NCBI GenBank assembly: GCA_947166905.1
Contig: CAMVFZ010000010.1
Span: 1,905-65,904 of the forward strand
Origin: an uncultured Prevotellaceae bacterium
GTDB lineage: Bacteria > Bacteroidota > Bacteroidia > Bacteroidales > UBA932
Direction of reading: 5' to 3'
DNA: 64,000 nucleotides
Shown one piece after another: positions 11,098 through 19,477 of the stretch. Every line of letters starts with the position of its first letter. The stretch's first letter is position 1. Under the pieces are notes generated by a model, which was not told where the DNA came from, made no database searches, and saw nothing but the letters and a program-made list of their open reading frames with translations. A program made the position numbers and the translations under genes.

Positions 11098-11743
11098 TTA
11101 TTATAGTAGAAACATAAATATCTGTTCCGGTTGATGTTTCCATAAGCATCTTCTGAAAGTCTTCCCTTGCTCCCCTATCCCTGGCCATTCTTTTTGCATG
11201 ATAAATAGAAGCATCGGCAGGTACTGCCTGAATAAATTCAATTGCATCAAAGGCGTCCTTGCTGCGTAAAACAATCTGTTCTCCAAGTTTACCCAATCGC
11301 ATTGCCCGCTTTAACTGATCAAGCGTAATTGTGTTTGCCAGGAATGCCCTGGAGAACGAGAAATAGGAATCATCGGCCCGATAACCCTTAATAATATCGT
11401 ATTCTTTATAATCCGGAAGAAAGTTTTCCATAATATAAATCCTTGCTCTTACTGATACAGGGGATGACAAATCGAAGCGTCTGTTTTCCAACAAAATAGC
11501 AAGCCAATTAAGGATGTTATATCCCGCGCTGTTAAGGTTAAGACAGGTAAGGCCTTCTGTATTTAGTTTATATTGATTGGCAAACCCGTTCTCTTCTTCT
11601 GCGCAAGCCCATTCTTTTGCAAGTTCCAACTCGCGCGTACAATAGAAGCCCAGGCCATAATCGTTCCTGGGATTTCCCTCTCCGTAAGCAGGCTTGCGGA
11701 TTATTCTTTCCGAACCATGAAATACCTCAATCATAATAGTCAC
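11063..11743 (-). CDS. DUF3990-like protein with ART/PARP-like H-Y-E motif pattern (putative toxin/effector)
   Basis: 226 aa. 'VFHGSERI' ... 'YGLGFYCT' ... 'GEQIVLRS' parallels PARP 'WHGSR / GKGIYFA / NEYIVY'. The N-terminal region is recalled as DUF3990-like. Confidence 0.55.
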   Translation of the reverse strand: MTIMIEVFHGSERIIRKPAYGEGNPRNDYGLGFYCTRELELAKEWACAEEENGFANQYKLNTEGLTCLNLNSAGYNILNWLAILLENRRFDLSSPVSVRARIYIMENFLPDYKEYDIIKGYRADDSYFSFSRAFLANTITLDQLKRAMRLGKLGEQIVLRSKDAFDAIEFIQAVPADASIYHAKRMARDRGAREDFQKMLMETSTGTDIYVSTIINENWTNDDSRL

Positions 11744-11767
11744 ACTATAGTGTTACTACAAAGATAA

Positions 11768-11775
11768 GATGTAAT
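11768..11775 (-). promoter_or_regulatory. Bacteroidetes -7 type promoter motif (TATCTTTG) for the DUF3990-like/HTH pair
   Basis: The reverse complement of 'caaagata' is TAnnTTTG. It lies 24 nt upstream of the ATG at 11743. Confidence 0.35.
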
Positions 11776-11834
11776 TCCCTTATTTCCAAACAATTATTAA
11801 AAATTTGACGTGGCAGCAGAAATAACCGAAGATG

Positions 11835-11873
11835 CTAATACTTGTAGCTCAGTGTCTTAAGGGATGCTGAGCT
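11835..11873 (-). repeat. 3'-terminal GH3 codons that are repeated (inverted) at 20706-20744
   Basis: 'ctaatacttgtagctcagtgtctta' is identical to the reverse complement of 20720-20744, followed by 3 mismatches and then 11 identical nt. The segment also forms an 8-bp hairpin (tagctcag/ctgagcta). Confidence 0.85.
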
Positions 11874-13937
11874 ACTTCCGTACAAGAGCTCCCAGTCGCC
11901 CTTTGCAGGCACCATGTTCTGCTTCTCTTCCGACCAGGAAAGGAAGGTGTCGTCCGTGAGAGGAAGACTTACTTCAAGCGTCTGGCCGGCGGAGATGAAC
12001 GCGCGTTTGAAGCCGCGAAGAGACTTGAGCGGCCCCTCGGCGTCGTCGGGGCGGCGGACATACAGCTGAACAACCTCGGTGGCATCGACATGGCCGGTGT
12101 TGGTTACGGGGACGATGATATTCCTGCCCTCTACGCGCGCCTGCCCGTATTCAAATGTTGTATAGCTGAGGCCGAAGCCGAAGGGGAAGAGCGGCTCGCC
12201 TTCGAAATAACGGTAGGTGCGGCCCTTCATATTGTAGTCTTCAAAGTCCGGGAGCTGGTCTACGCTGCTGTAGAAGGTGACAGGCAGTCTGCCGGATGGT
12301 GCAACGTCTCCGTAAAGGACGTCGGCGATTGCGTGGCCGCCTTCCTCTCCCGGATACCAGGCCTGGAGTATGGCTTCGCAGCTTTCGGTTTCAGGCACAA
12401 GACCCATTGCAGAACCGGAGAAGTTGACCAGAACCACCTTTTTGCCTGCAGCCTTAAGGGCCAGCAGAAGTTTGCGCTGAACCTCCGGAAGCTCTATGTC
12501 CGTGCGGTCTCCACCTCGGAATCCGGGCGCATCAACTTCCATTTCCTCGCCCTCGAAGGCAGGGGAAATACCGCCGGCAAATATCACTATATCAATTCCT
12601 TCCAGCTTTTTAAGTATAGCTTTTACAGGTTCTCCATCGGCTACTATTCCGCAAGCCGGGAAGATTACAGTTTCAGGGTTTCTCTCCCTGATGGCATCGG
12701 CCAGCGTAACGGTATTCTCCGGAATGGGGTTGTAGTTTCCCCACTGCATAGAACGGTCGTCGGCGTTGGGGCCGATGAGGGCGATGCGGGCGTCTGCCTT
12801 AAGCGGCAGTATGTCATTGTTATTCTGCAGCAGGACAAGGGATTCCTGCGCAATCTTGCGGGAAAGGGCAAGATGCTCCGGGCCTTCTACTATGTCGTCT
12901 GCAAGGTTGTCCCAGGGTGCGATGTTGCCGTCAAGTTCGCCAAGGCGGATGCGGGCGGCAAGCAGCTTGGTCAGGGATTTGTCCACGGTGGATTCATCCA
13001 GTATGCCGCGTTCCACGGCCTCCGGAATATGGCCGTAAGAGTCTCCGCAGTTAAGATCTACTCCGTTGTTAAGAGCTGCTGCGGTGGCCTCGACAACATC
13101 TTTGCTGAAGCCATGGCAACCATCGGCATAAAAGTCGCGGATGGCCCAGCAGTCAGAGACCACTATGCCTTTGAAACCCCACTCACCGCGTAGGATGGTG
13201 TTGACCAAATAGTCATTGGCGCCACAGGGGACGTCGCGGAAGCGGTTGTAGGCTATCATTACTTCCTGGACGTCGGCCTTGGTGACTAGGTCCTTGAATG
13301 CGGGAAGATAGGTTTCTCGCAGGTCTCTTTCGCTGATTTTTGCGTTAAAGGTGTGCCTGTTCCATTCCGGGCCGGAGTGAACGGCAAGGTGCTTGGCGCA
13401 GGCGTGAGCCTTGAGCACCGGGGCGTCCGACGGGCCCTGCAGGCCGCGTACCACTGCCATACCAAGCTGACCTGTCAGGTACGGATCTTCTCCGTAGGTT
13501 TCCATGCCGCGGCCCCAGCGCGGGTCACGGAATATGTTGATGTTGGGTGTCCAGAATGTGATGCCCTGATACCAGCCGGCCGCGCCTTCTGCCAGGGCCT
13601 GACGGTTCTTCACGCGGCCTTCGTCGCTCACCGCTGTAAATACTTCATACAGAAGCTGTTCGTCAAAGGCCGCAGCCATTCCTATCGGCTGGGGAAATAC
13701 CGTTGCCTTGCCGTTACGGGCTACGCCGTGCAAGGCCTCGTTCCACCAGTTGTAAGCCGGAATACCCTGCTCTTCTACCGGCGCAGAGCCATACAGCATC
13801 AGTGAGGCTTTCTGTTCCAGGGTAAGCTTTCCGACTAGCTCTGCAGCCCTCCTTTCAGACTCGGACGGCCCCCGATGGCAGGCCACCATCACCGCGGCAG
13901 CCGCCACGCTCAGTATAAGAGTACGTTTCATAGACAT
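11835..13937 (-). CDS. glycoside hydrolase family 3 (beta-glucosidase / beta-xylosidase type), lipoprotein-like signal
   Basis: 700 aa. 'NWWNEALHGV', 'RDPRWGRGMETYGEDP' and 'GFKGIVVSDCWAI' (nucleophile Asp region) are typical GH3 motifs. N-terminus 'MKRTLILSVAAAAVMVAC'. Confidence 0.9.
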   Translation of the reverse strand: MSMKRTLILSVAAAAVMVACHRGPSESERRAAELVGKLTLEQKASLMLYGSAPVEEQGIPAYNWWNEALHGVARNGKATVFPQPIGMAAAFDEQLLYEVFTAVSDEGRVKNRQALAEGAAGWYQGITFWTPNINIFRDPRWGRGMETYGEDPYLTGQLGMAVVRGLQGPSDAPVLKAHACAKHLAVHSGPEWNRHTFNAKISERDLRETYLPAFKDLVTKADVQEVMIAYNRFRDVPCGANDYLVNTILRGEWGFKGIVVSDCWAIRDFYADGCHGFSKDVVEATAAALNNGVDLNCGDSYGHIPEAVERGILDESTVDKSLTKLLAARIRLGELDGNIAPWDNLADDIVEGPEHLALSRKIAQESLVLLQNNNDILPLKADARIALIGPNADDRSMQWGNYNPIPENTVTLADAIRERNPETVIFPACGIVADGEPVKAILKKLEGIDIVIFAGGISPAFEGEEMEVDAPGFRGGDRTDIELPEVQRKLLLALKAAGKKVVLVNFSGSAMGLVPETESCEAILQAWYPGEEGGHAIADVLYGDVAPSGRLPVTFYSSVDQLPDFEDYNMKGRTYRYFEGEPLFPFGFGLSYTTFEYGQARVEGRNIIVPVTNTGHVDATEVVQLYVRRPDDAEGPLKSLRGFKRAFISAGQTLEVSLPLTDDTFLSWSEEKQNMVPAKGDWELLYGSSSASLKTLSYKY

Positions 13938-13954
13938 TATTTTTGTGATCTTAG

Positions 13955-13962
13955 CAAAGATA
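13955..13962 (-). promoter_or_regulatory. -7 type promoter motif (TATCTTTG) upstream of the GH3 gene
   Basis: The reverse complement of 'caaagata' is TAnnTTTG. It lies about 18 nt upstream of the ATG at 13937. Confidence 0.35.
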
Positions 13963-14020
13963 CAAAAAAAGCACTTATTCCGACTCTGTTTTAGAAAGCT
14001 GACAGCAGTAAAGACGCTCT

Positions 14021-14150
14021 TTTGAGCTTTACGGGTCTCCAGGAGGGGGTGTGACGCCCGATTTTGGCTTCAGGTGGGCTTTACACCCCTCCCAAAACAG
14101 GTCTAAAGCCCAAATCCGGCCGATTTTGGACATCAGCCCAAGTTGGACGG
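14021..14150 (-). repeat. GH3 5'-flank element, copy A (inverted partner at 20625-20693)
   Basis: 14118-14150 is the perfect reverse complement of 20625-20657 (33 nt). 14021-14057 matches 20657-20693 with about 5 mismatches in 36. The extra ~60 nt between them holds a degenerate second copy of the 'CCAAAATCGG' unit. Confidence 0.85.
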
Positions 14151-14154
14151 CGAG

Positions 14155-14787
14155 TTATTTCACACGGATGAGATAGAGTCCGTGTCTAAGCGGAAGCAGA
14201 ACTTTTTCAACGGCAGGGTCGGCAGCGACTCTGTCGTTGAATTTTACTATGCCCTGGGTCTGGGCATCGGTCGGAACCGTGTCCTGGTAAACTTTGCCGT
14301 CCCACAAGATGTCATCGGCAAGTATGAGCGAGCCGCTGTGTAAAATGGGCTTGAGGAGCTCGTAGTAATCGCAATACTCACGTTTGTCGGCGTCGATAAA
14401 AACCAGGTCGTAGGGGCCTGCAAGGCTTTTTATCGTCTCTTTTGCATCGCCGATGCGAAGGGTGATGCGGTCTTGTACACCGGCGCGTGAGAAGCCTTCT
14501 GTGATAAGGTCTTCAAGCTCGTCGTTAACCTCCAGGGTGTCTATGTGGCCGCCTTCCGGAAGTCCGTAAGCCAGGCAGATGGTAGAGTAGCCGGTGAAAC
14601 AGCCTATTTCCAGCACGCGCTGCGGCTTAATCAGTTTTGCAAGCATTGTAAGCAGTGCGCCTTGAACCGGCCCGGACAGCATCTGAGGATAGTTGGTGCG
14701 TATGTGAGTCTGCTTTACAAGCCATTCCAAAGCCTGATCCTGGGCCTCTGAATGGGTGCGAAGATATTTGTCCAGCGGGCTTTCCAT
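14155..14787 (-). CDS. class I SAM-dependent O-methyltransferase (family 3, caffeoyl-CoA OMT / YrrM-like)
   Basis: Start moved to Met105 of ORF 14155..15099 ('MESPLDKYLRTH...'; CAT 14785-14787). SAM motif 'VLEIGCFTGYS' and 'DLVFIDADK'. The upstream extension would overlap the peptidase gene. Confidence 0.85.
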   Translation of the reverse strand: MESPLDKYLRTHSEAQDQALEWLVKQTHIRTNYPQMLSGPVQGALLTMLAKLIKPQRVLEIGCFTGYSTICLAYGLPEGGHIDTLEVNDELEDLITEGFSRAGVQDRITLRIGDAKETIKSLAGPYDLVFIDADKREYCDYYELLKPILHSGSLILADDILWDGKVYQDTVPTDAQTQGIVKFNDRVAADPAVEKVLLPLRHGLYLIRVK

Positions 14788-14789
14788 GA

Positions 14790-16016
14790 TTAAATGAAGG
14801 TTAATGAAGAATACTTTCCGGGAGTAAAGATCCGTACTGCCATAGCCCGCATTTCTTCTGCGGTTATTGAGCTTATTTCCTGACGTACCACATCGTCTTC
14901 CAGTACGCGGCCGAAGGACAGCATGCTCTTGCCAAGTCCAAGGCACTGGGCCTCTCCATTGGCCGTAGAAACCGCCATCTGCCCCAGCAGCTGTTTTTTT
15001 GCCGATGCAAACGTGCGCGCAGCCATGGGTGTGTCGCACATCTTCTGAAGCTCGCGGCGCAGGGATTTGGTGACCTTTCCAAGGTTGGAAGGCTCGCATC
15101 CCAGGGTGATGGCCATTATTCCGGTGTCGCAGTAGGGCGTGTAGGATGCCTCTACTCCATAAACCCAGCCATGTTTCTCCCTGAGTTCATTGCCCAGGAC
15201 TGAGTTGGATGCCGGACCGGCAAGTACGTTGGCCAGCAAGCCGGCCACCAGTCTGGGCCTTCCTTCGGCCAGTGACGGCGCATATCCGCCGAAGACTGCA
15301 TTGGCCTCGTGATTATCTTTCTTTACTGTCTTGTCAAAGAACTGACTCAGAGAAACTATTTCGCTCTTCGTTTTCCCGGGCGCAGCCTGGTTGCTGTGGA
15401 TCCTTGCGGCAGCCCGCAAAACCATCGCTACCATTTTCTCTTCCGGGAGATCTGCAACCATGCTAAGAACCATTCTGCCCGGCAGGAAACCGCCGGATGA
15501 ATAAGCCTTAAGCTGTTCTACAGTAATGCCTTGCACGGATTCCTCAGTTCCAAGGATAGGCCTGGACAGGGGATGTCCCTTGAAAAGAAGTTCCTCGAAG
15601 CAGTCGTAGACATCATCGGCTGGACTGTCCTTATATGACTGGATTTCCTCTACTACTACTCCTTTCTCAATCTCTATTTCATCCTTCGGAAACGACGGCT
15701 CAGTGGCAAGCTCCACAAGAAGGCGAAGCGCGCGGGAAAGGTCTTCCTTTAGCACGGTAGCATGGATTACCGTCTCTTCTTTGGTGGTAAAGGCATTAAG
15801 CTCCCCGCCAAGGATTTCCAGGCAGGAATTAATGCTCTTTGCGCTACGATGCGCAGTGCCTTTGAAAACGGCGTGCTCTGTGAAATGTGCTATTCCGGAA
15901 GGGAAGGAGGCCTCGTGGCGCGTGCCGCAGCCTATAGAAAGCGCGCAATAGCCAACCGCAGCCCCTGCGCGGCGTACCGCATAACCGATTCCTTCCGGGG
16001 AAAAACCAGTAATCAT
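14790..16016 (-). CDS. M16 (pitrilysin/insulinase) family zinc peptidase
   Basis: Inverted zinc motif 'HFTEH' near the N-terminus. 408 aa. Confidence 0.85.
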   Translation of the reverse strand: MITGFSPEGIGYAVRRAGAAVGYCALSIGCGTRHEASFPSGIAHFTEHAVFKGTAHRSAKSINSCLEILGGELNAFTTKEETVIHATVLKEDLSRALRLLVELATEPSFPKDEIEIEKGVVVEEIQSYKDSPADDVYDCFEELLFKGHPLSRPILGTEESVQGITVEQLKAYSSGGFLPGRMVLSMVADLPEEKMVAMVLRAAARIHSNQAAPGKTKSEIVSLSQFFDKTVKKDNHEANAVFGGYAPSLAEGRPRLVAGLLANVLAGPASNSVLGNELREKHGWVYGVEASYTPYCDTGIMAITLGCEPSNLGKVTKSLRRELQKMCDTPMAARTFASAKKQLLGQMAVSTANGEAQCLGLGKSMLSFGRVLEDDVVRQEISSITAEEMRAMAVRIFTPGKYSSLTFI

Positions 16017-16022
16017 ACTCCT

Positions 16023-16841
16023 CTATCTGCCTTTGGAAAAAGCCTTAATGTCCTCTTTAAGAAGGCCGCAGCCAGAGGAACCTATCTTGTGCTTCTTATT
16101 GTAATAAACGCTGTAAGTTACGGAATCAACCAGGTATACCTGGAAGGACTGTCCTTTGACGGGCTTCTTTGGTCCTACTACAAAACAAATTGCAGCCTGG
16201 TCTCCGTAGTAAAAACAACGGTCAATCTCACTCGTGGAATATATGGTGATATTGTCGTTCTGGCACTTTGTGCGCTCTGTCCAGCCTATCTCCGGAGAAA
16301 GCTCGTCCTCGCAAATATAAAGTGGCAGGCCGTTAGTCTCTTTAAGAGAGGATACTTTTCCGCCGATGCCGGCATAATTGCTGCCGATTGCCTTAGCTGC
16401 AAGATTCTGCAAGCTGCAGGCGAGCACCGGAAGAAGGCAGTCTTCGCGGCCAGTGTAACCATCGGCCGGACATATGGGGATGGTGGCTACGGTAAGCATG
16501 GACGAAAGGCCTTTTTTCTTGTCGTAAGACCCGCCTTTTACAAGATACCAGTAGCGCATTCCGTCGCCGCCGTTACCTACTGCAAGGAAGTAATAGTTGT
16601 CGTTTTTGCGTAGCGAGGCGAATTCCTCTTCACTGCAAAACTCGTATGCCGATATTGTCCAGAAATCCTTAAGTGCCTCTCTGATAGGGACATCCAGGGA
16701 GTCGGACCCGGTAAGGACAACCTTGGTACTCTTTTGCATAAAGTCGCTGATTTTCTCTTTATGCGTACGGATCTGAAGTTGGCCAAAGGCCAGCATCGGC
16801 ACAAAGAGAAAAACGAACAATATGGTGGAGAGTTTCTTCAT
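16023..16841 (-). CDS. hypothetical secreted protein
   Basis: Start moved to Met13 ('MKKLSTILFVFLFVPMLAFGQ' signal peptide; CAT 16839-16841). No recognisable catalytic motif. Confidence 0.5.
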   Translation of the reverse strand: MKKLSTILFVFLFVPMLAFGQLQIRTHKEKISDFMQKSTKVVLTGSDSLDVPIREALKDFWTISAYEFCSEEEFASLRKNDNYYFLAVGNGGDGMRYWYLVKGGSYDKKKGLSSMLTVATIPICPADGYTGREDCLLPVLACSLQNLAAKAIGSNYAGIGGKVSSLKETNGLPLYICEDELSPEIGWTERTKCQNDNITIYSTSEIDRCFYYGDQAAICFVVGPKKPVKGQSFQVYLVDSVTYSVYYNKKHKIGSSGCGLLKEDIKAFSKGR

Positions 16842-16921
16842 AGATTGCAAAGTTATTAAATGATTTGGGAAATTCAATCGGGCTTACTAAATTTGTAGAC
16901 TATGTAACAAAAGTCACGCCT

Positions 16922-18652
16922 ATGTCGCAATATATAGTATCCGCCAGAAAATACCGTCCGGATTCCTTCGAATCCCTGATAGGTCAGGACAACATTGCCA
17001 AGACGCTCAAAAACTCCATTTTGCGCGGTCAGTTGGCACACGCATACCTGTTCTGTGGCCCGCGTGGAGTGGGCAAGACCAGTGCGGCGCGTATTTTCGC
17101 GAAGACTATCAACTGCTCTAATCCGGGTCCGGACATGGAGCCTTGCGGCGAGTGCGAATCCTGCATCTCTTTCAAAGAGGGCCGTTCTTACTGTATCCAT
17201 GAGCTGGATGCCGCCTCCAACAACAGCGTAGACGACATTAAAATGCTCATAGACCAGGTGAACATCCCCCCGCAGGTTGGTAAGTACAGCGTGTTCATCG
17301 TGGATGAGGTCCACATGTTAAGTTCATCGGCCTTCAATGCCTTCCTCAAGACTCTGGAGGAGCCGCCGGCACATGCAATCTTCATTCTGGCCACCACGGA
17401 AAAGCACAAGATTCTGCCTACCATCCTGTCCCGTTGCCAGACCTACGACTTTGGCCGTATCAGCGTTCCGGACATAGTTCGCAACCTCAGGGACATCGCC
17501 GCCAAGGAAAATATCACCATCGACAACGAGTCCCTTCACGTGATTGCCCTCAAGGCCGATGGTGCAATGCGCGATGCGCTGACAATTTTTGACCAGACAG
17601 TGGCCTTCTGCGGCACCGAGGTCAATTATGCCGATGTCCTCAAAAACCTTAACGTACTGGACTACGACCACTGTTTCCATCTGGTGAACGACTTCCTGGC
17701 AGGCAACCATGAGTCTGCGCTGCTGCGCTTTGACGATATACTTGCCAAGGGCTTCAACGCCCTGCACTTCATAGGCTCGCTCAGCTCCCATCTAAGGGAT
17801 CTTATTGTGGCCAAGAGCGGTGGTCTCAAAGCCCTGCTTGAGCTTCCGGAATCCCTGATTGAAAGATATCAGGAACAGGCCGGCCGATGCAGCCTCAAGT
17901 TCCTGTACGATGCCCTGGCCGTTACTACGGCCTGTGAGGCTGGTTACAAGTCCAGCATTAATCCCAGGCTGCACATAGAGTTCTGCCTTATGCGTCTTTG
18001 CGCCCTGTGCGGCGGTATGAGCGATAACAGCGCGATTACTACGGTTGCCGCTCCTAAGCCAGCCCCGGTAGCCGCCCCGGCTCCGGCACCAGAGCCTGCT
18101 CCCGTAGCAGCTCCGGTCCCTGAATCCGCACCGGCGCCTGCAGCTGCCCCGGCTCCTGCACCTGCTCCGGCTCCCCGCCGTCGCGTAGCAAAGACTCCCG
18201 GAGCACTGTCCCTGGCCGCCCTTAAGAACGAAGGCGCCCAGCAGGAGGTATCCGCTGCCGCAGACAGCGCTGCCGAAGGCCGCATCCCTGCAGACGAAGA
18301 GATTACGGAAAAGTGGAAGGAACTGGCTGGCAACTACTCTGACAGGCCCCGCCTTTATAACACCCTTGCCGGCGCAGCCTTGCAGATGACGGAAGAAGAG
18401 GACAAAAAAAAGGTCACCTTCTTTGTTACCAATGAGGCCCAGAAAGACTGGATCAAGGAAAAACTGCTTAAAGAACTGGATAATAAACTCCGTGGCCTGC
18501 TTGGCGGCGGAAAGATATTGCTGGATATAGACGTTACCCCGGACGAGGAAGTGCCCCAGAAGAGTTACACTCCCAGGGAACAGGCCCAGGAACTCATTCA
18601 GGCCAACCCTGAAATCCGCAATCTGGTAACGGACATGGGTCTGGACGCATAA
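16922..18652 (+). CDS. dnaX: DNA polymerase III subunit gamma/tau
   Basis: Start moved to Met20 ('MSQYIVSARKYRPDSFESLIGQ'; ATG 16922). Walker A 'GPRGVGKTS', zinc module 'CGECESC', 'VFIVDEVHML', SRC motif 'LSRCQ'. Contains an Ala/Pro-rich linker. Confidence 0.92.
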   Translation: MSQYIVSARKYRPDSFESLIGQDNIAKTLKNSILRGQLAHAYLFCGPRGVGKTSAARIFAKTINCSNPGPDMEPCGECESCISFKEGRSYCIHELDAASNNSVDDIKMLIDQVNIPPQVGKYSVFIVDEVHMLSSSAFNAFLKTLEEPPAHAIFILATTEKHKILPTILSRCQTYDFGRISVPDIVRNLRDIAAKENITIDNESLHVIALKADGAMRDALTIFDQTVAFCGTEVNYADVLKNLNVLDYDHCFHLVNDFLAGNHESALLRFDDILAKGFNALHFIGSLSSHLRDLIVAKSGGLKALLELPESLIERYQEQAGRCSLKFLYDALAVTTACEAGYKSSINPRLHIEFCLMRLCALCGGMSDNSAITTVAAPKPAPVAAPAPAPEPAPVAAPVPESAPAPAAAPAPAPAPAPRRRVAKTPGALSLAALKNEGAQQEVSAAADSAAEGRIPADEEITEKWKELAGNYSDRPRLYNTLAGAALQMTEEEDKKKVTFFVTNEAQKDWIKEKLLKELDNKLRGLLGGGKILLDIDVTPDEEVPQKSYTPREQAQELIQANPEIRNLVTDMGLDA

Positions 18653-18664
18653 AACAATAATGCA

Positions 18665-19462
18665 ATGAAACTGTACTGCGAAAATCTTGTAAAGAAATAT
18701 GGCGTACGCACCGTTGTAAAGGGCGTATCAATGGAAGTGGAGCAAGGAGAGATTGTGGGTTTCCTTGGCCCGAACGGTGCCGGAAAAACCACCAGTTTCT
18801 ACATGATTACCGGCCAGATCACTCCTAACGAGGGCAAAGTATTCCTGGATGATGAAGAGATTACCGGCCTGCCTATGTTCAAGCGTGCCCAGAAGGGTAT
18901 CGGCTATCTGCCGCAAGAGGCATCGGTATTTAGAAAAATGTCTGTAGAAGACAACATCATGTCTGTGATGGAGCTGTCCGATATGACCAAGGTAGAGCGC
19001 CAGGAGAGGCTTGAATCCCTGATAGACGAGTTCAACCTTTCAAAGGTGCGCAAGAGTCTGGGTATTCAGCTTTCAGGTGGCGAGCGCCGTCGCTGCGAGA
19101 TTGCACGCGCCCTGGCAAAAGACCCTAAATTCATCCTTCTGGACGAGCCCTTCGCCGGCGTAGACCCTATCGCCGTAGAGGATATACAGTTCATCATCGC
19201 CAAGCTTAAGTACAAGAATATCGGCGTTATTATCACAGACCACAATGTAGGTGAGACCCTGGCCATTACAGACCGTGCCTACCTTCTGTACGAGGGTACT
19301 ATCCTGCAACAGGGTACGCCGGCCTCACTGGCTGCAGACGAAGACGTCCGCACCAAGTATCTGGGCTCCGGCTTCGTCCTCAAGCGCTCCATTTCCATCG
19401 AGCGCGCCCAGCGCGAGCACGAGCAGCGCCTGGCAGCCGCAGCCGCCCAATCCGAGATTTAA
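18665..19462 (+). CDS. lptB: LPS export ABC transporter ATP-binding protein
   Basis: Walker A 'GPNGAGKTT', signature 'LSGGERRR', Walker B 'FILLDEP', H-loop 'ITDH'. The sequence is typical of LptB. Confidence 0.88.
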   Translation: MKLYCENLVKKYGVRTVVKGVSMEVEQGEIVGFLGPNGAGKTTSFYMITGQITPNEGKVFLDDEEITGLPMFKRAQKGIGYLPQEASVFRKMSVEDNIMSVMELSDMTKVERQERLESLIDEFNLSKVRKSLGIQLSGGERRRCEIARALAKDPKFILLDEPFAGVDPIAVEDIQFIIAKLKYKNIGVIITDHNVGETLAITDRAYLLYEGTILQQGTPASLAADEDVRTKYLGSGFVLKRSISIERAQREHEQRLAAAAAQSEI

Positions 19463-19477
19463 AATTACTGACTCTCT

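Noticed and set aside
14788-15099. N-terminal extensions offered by the ORF track. Examples are the methyltransferase to 15099, efp to 7355, dnaX from 16865, TolC to 40782, AraC from 40722, the integrase from 57739 and the helicase from 61486.
   Set aside because: The extensions overlap neighbouring genes or hairpins and contain Arg/Cys-rich nonsense. In each case an internal Met gives the canonical family N-terminus or signal peptide.
18040-18185. A GC-rich short-period repeat that could be mistaken for a tandem repeat or array (also 21095-21185 in metG).
   Set aside because: It is in frame inside dnaX and encodes an Ala/Pro-rich linker ('APAPAPEPAPVAAP...'). The metG stretch encodes an Ala/Lys-rich linker before the tRNA-binding domain. 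These are ordinary low-complexity interdomain linkers, with no spacers or direct-repeat architecture of a CRISPR array.
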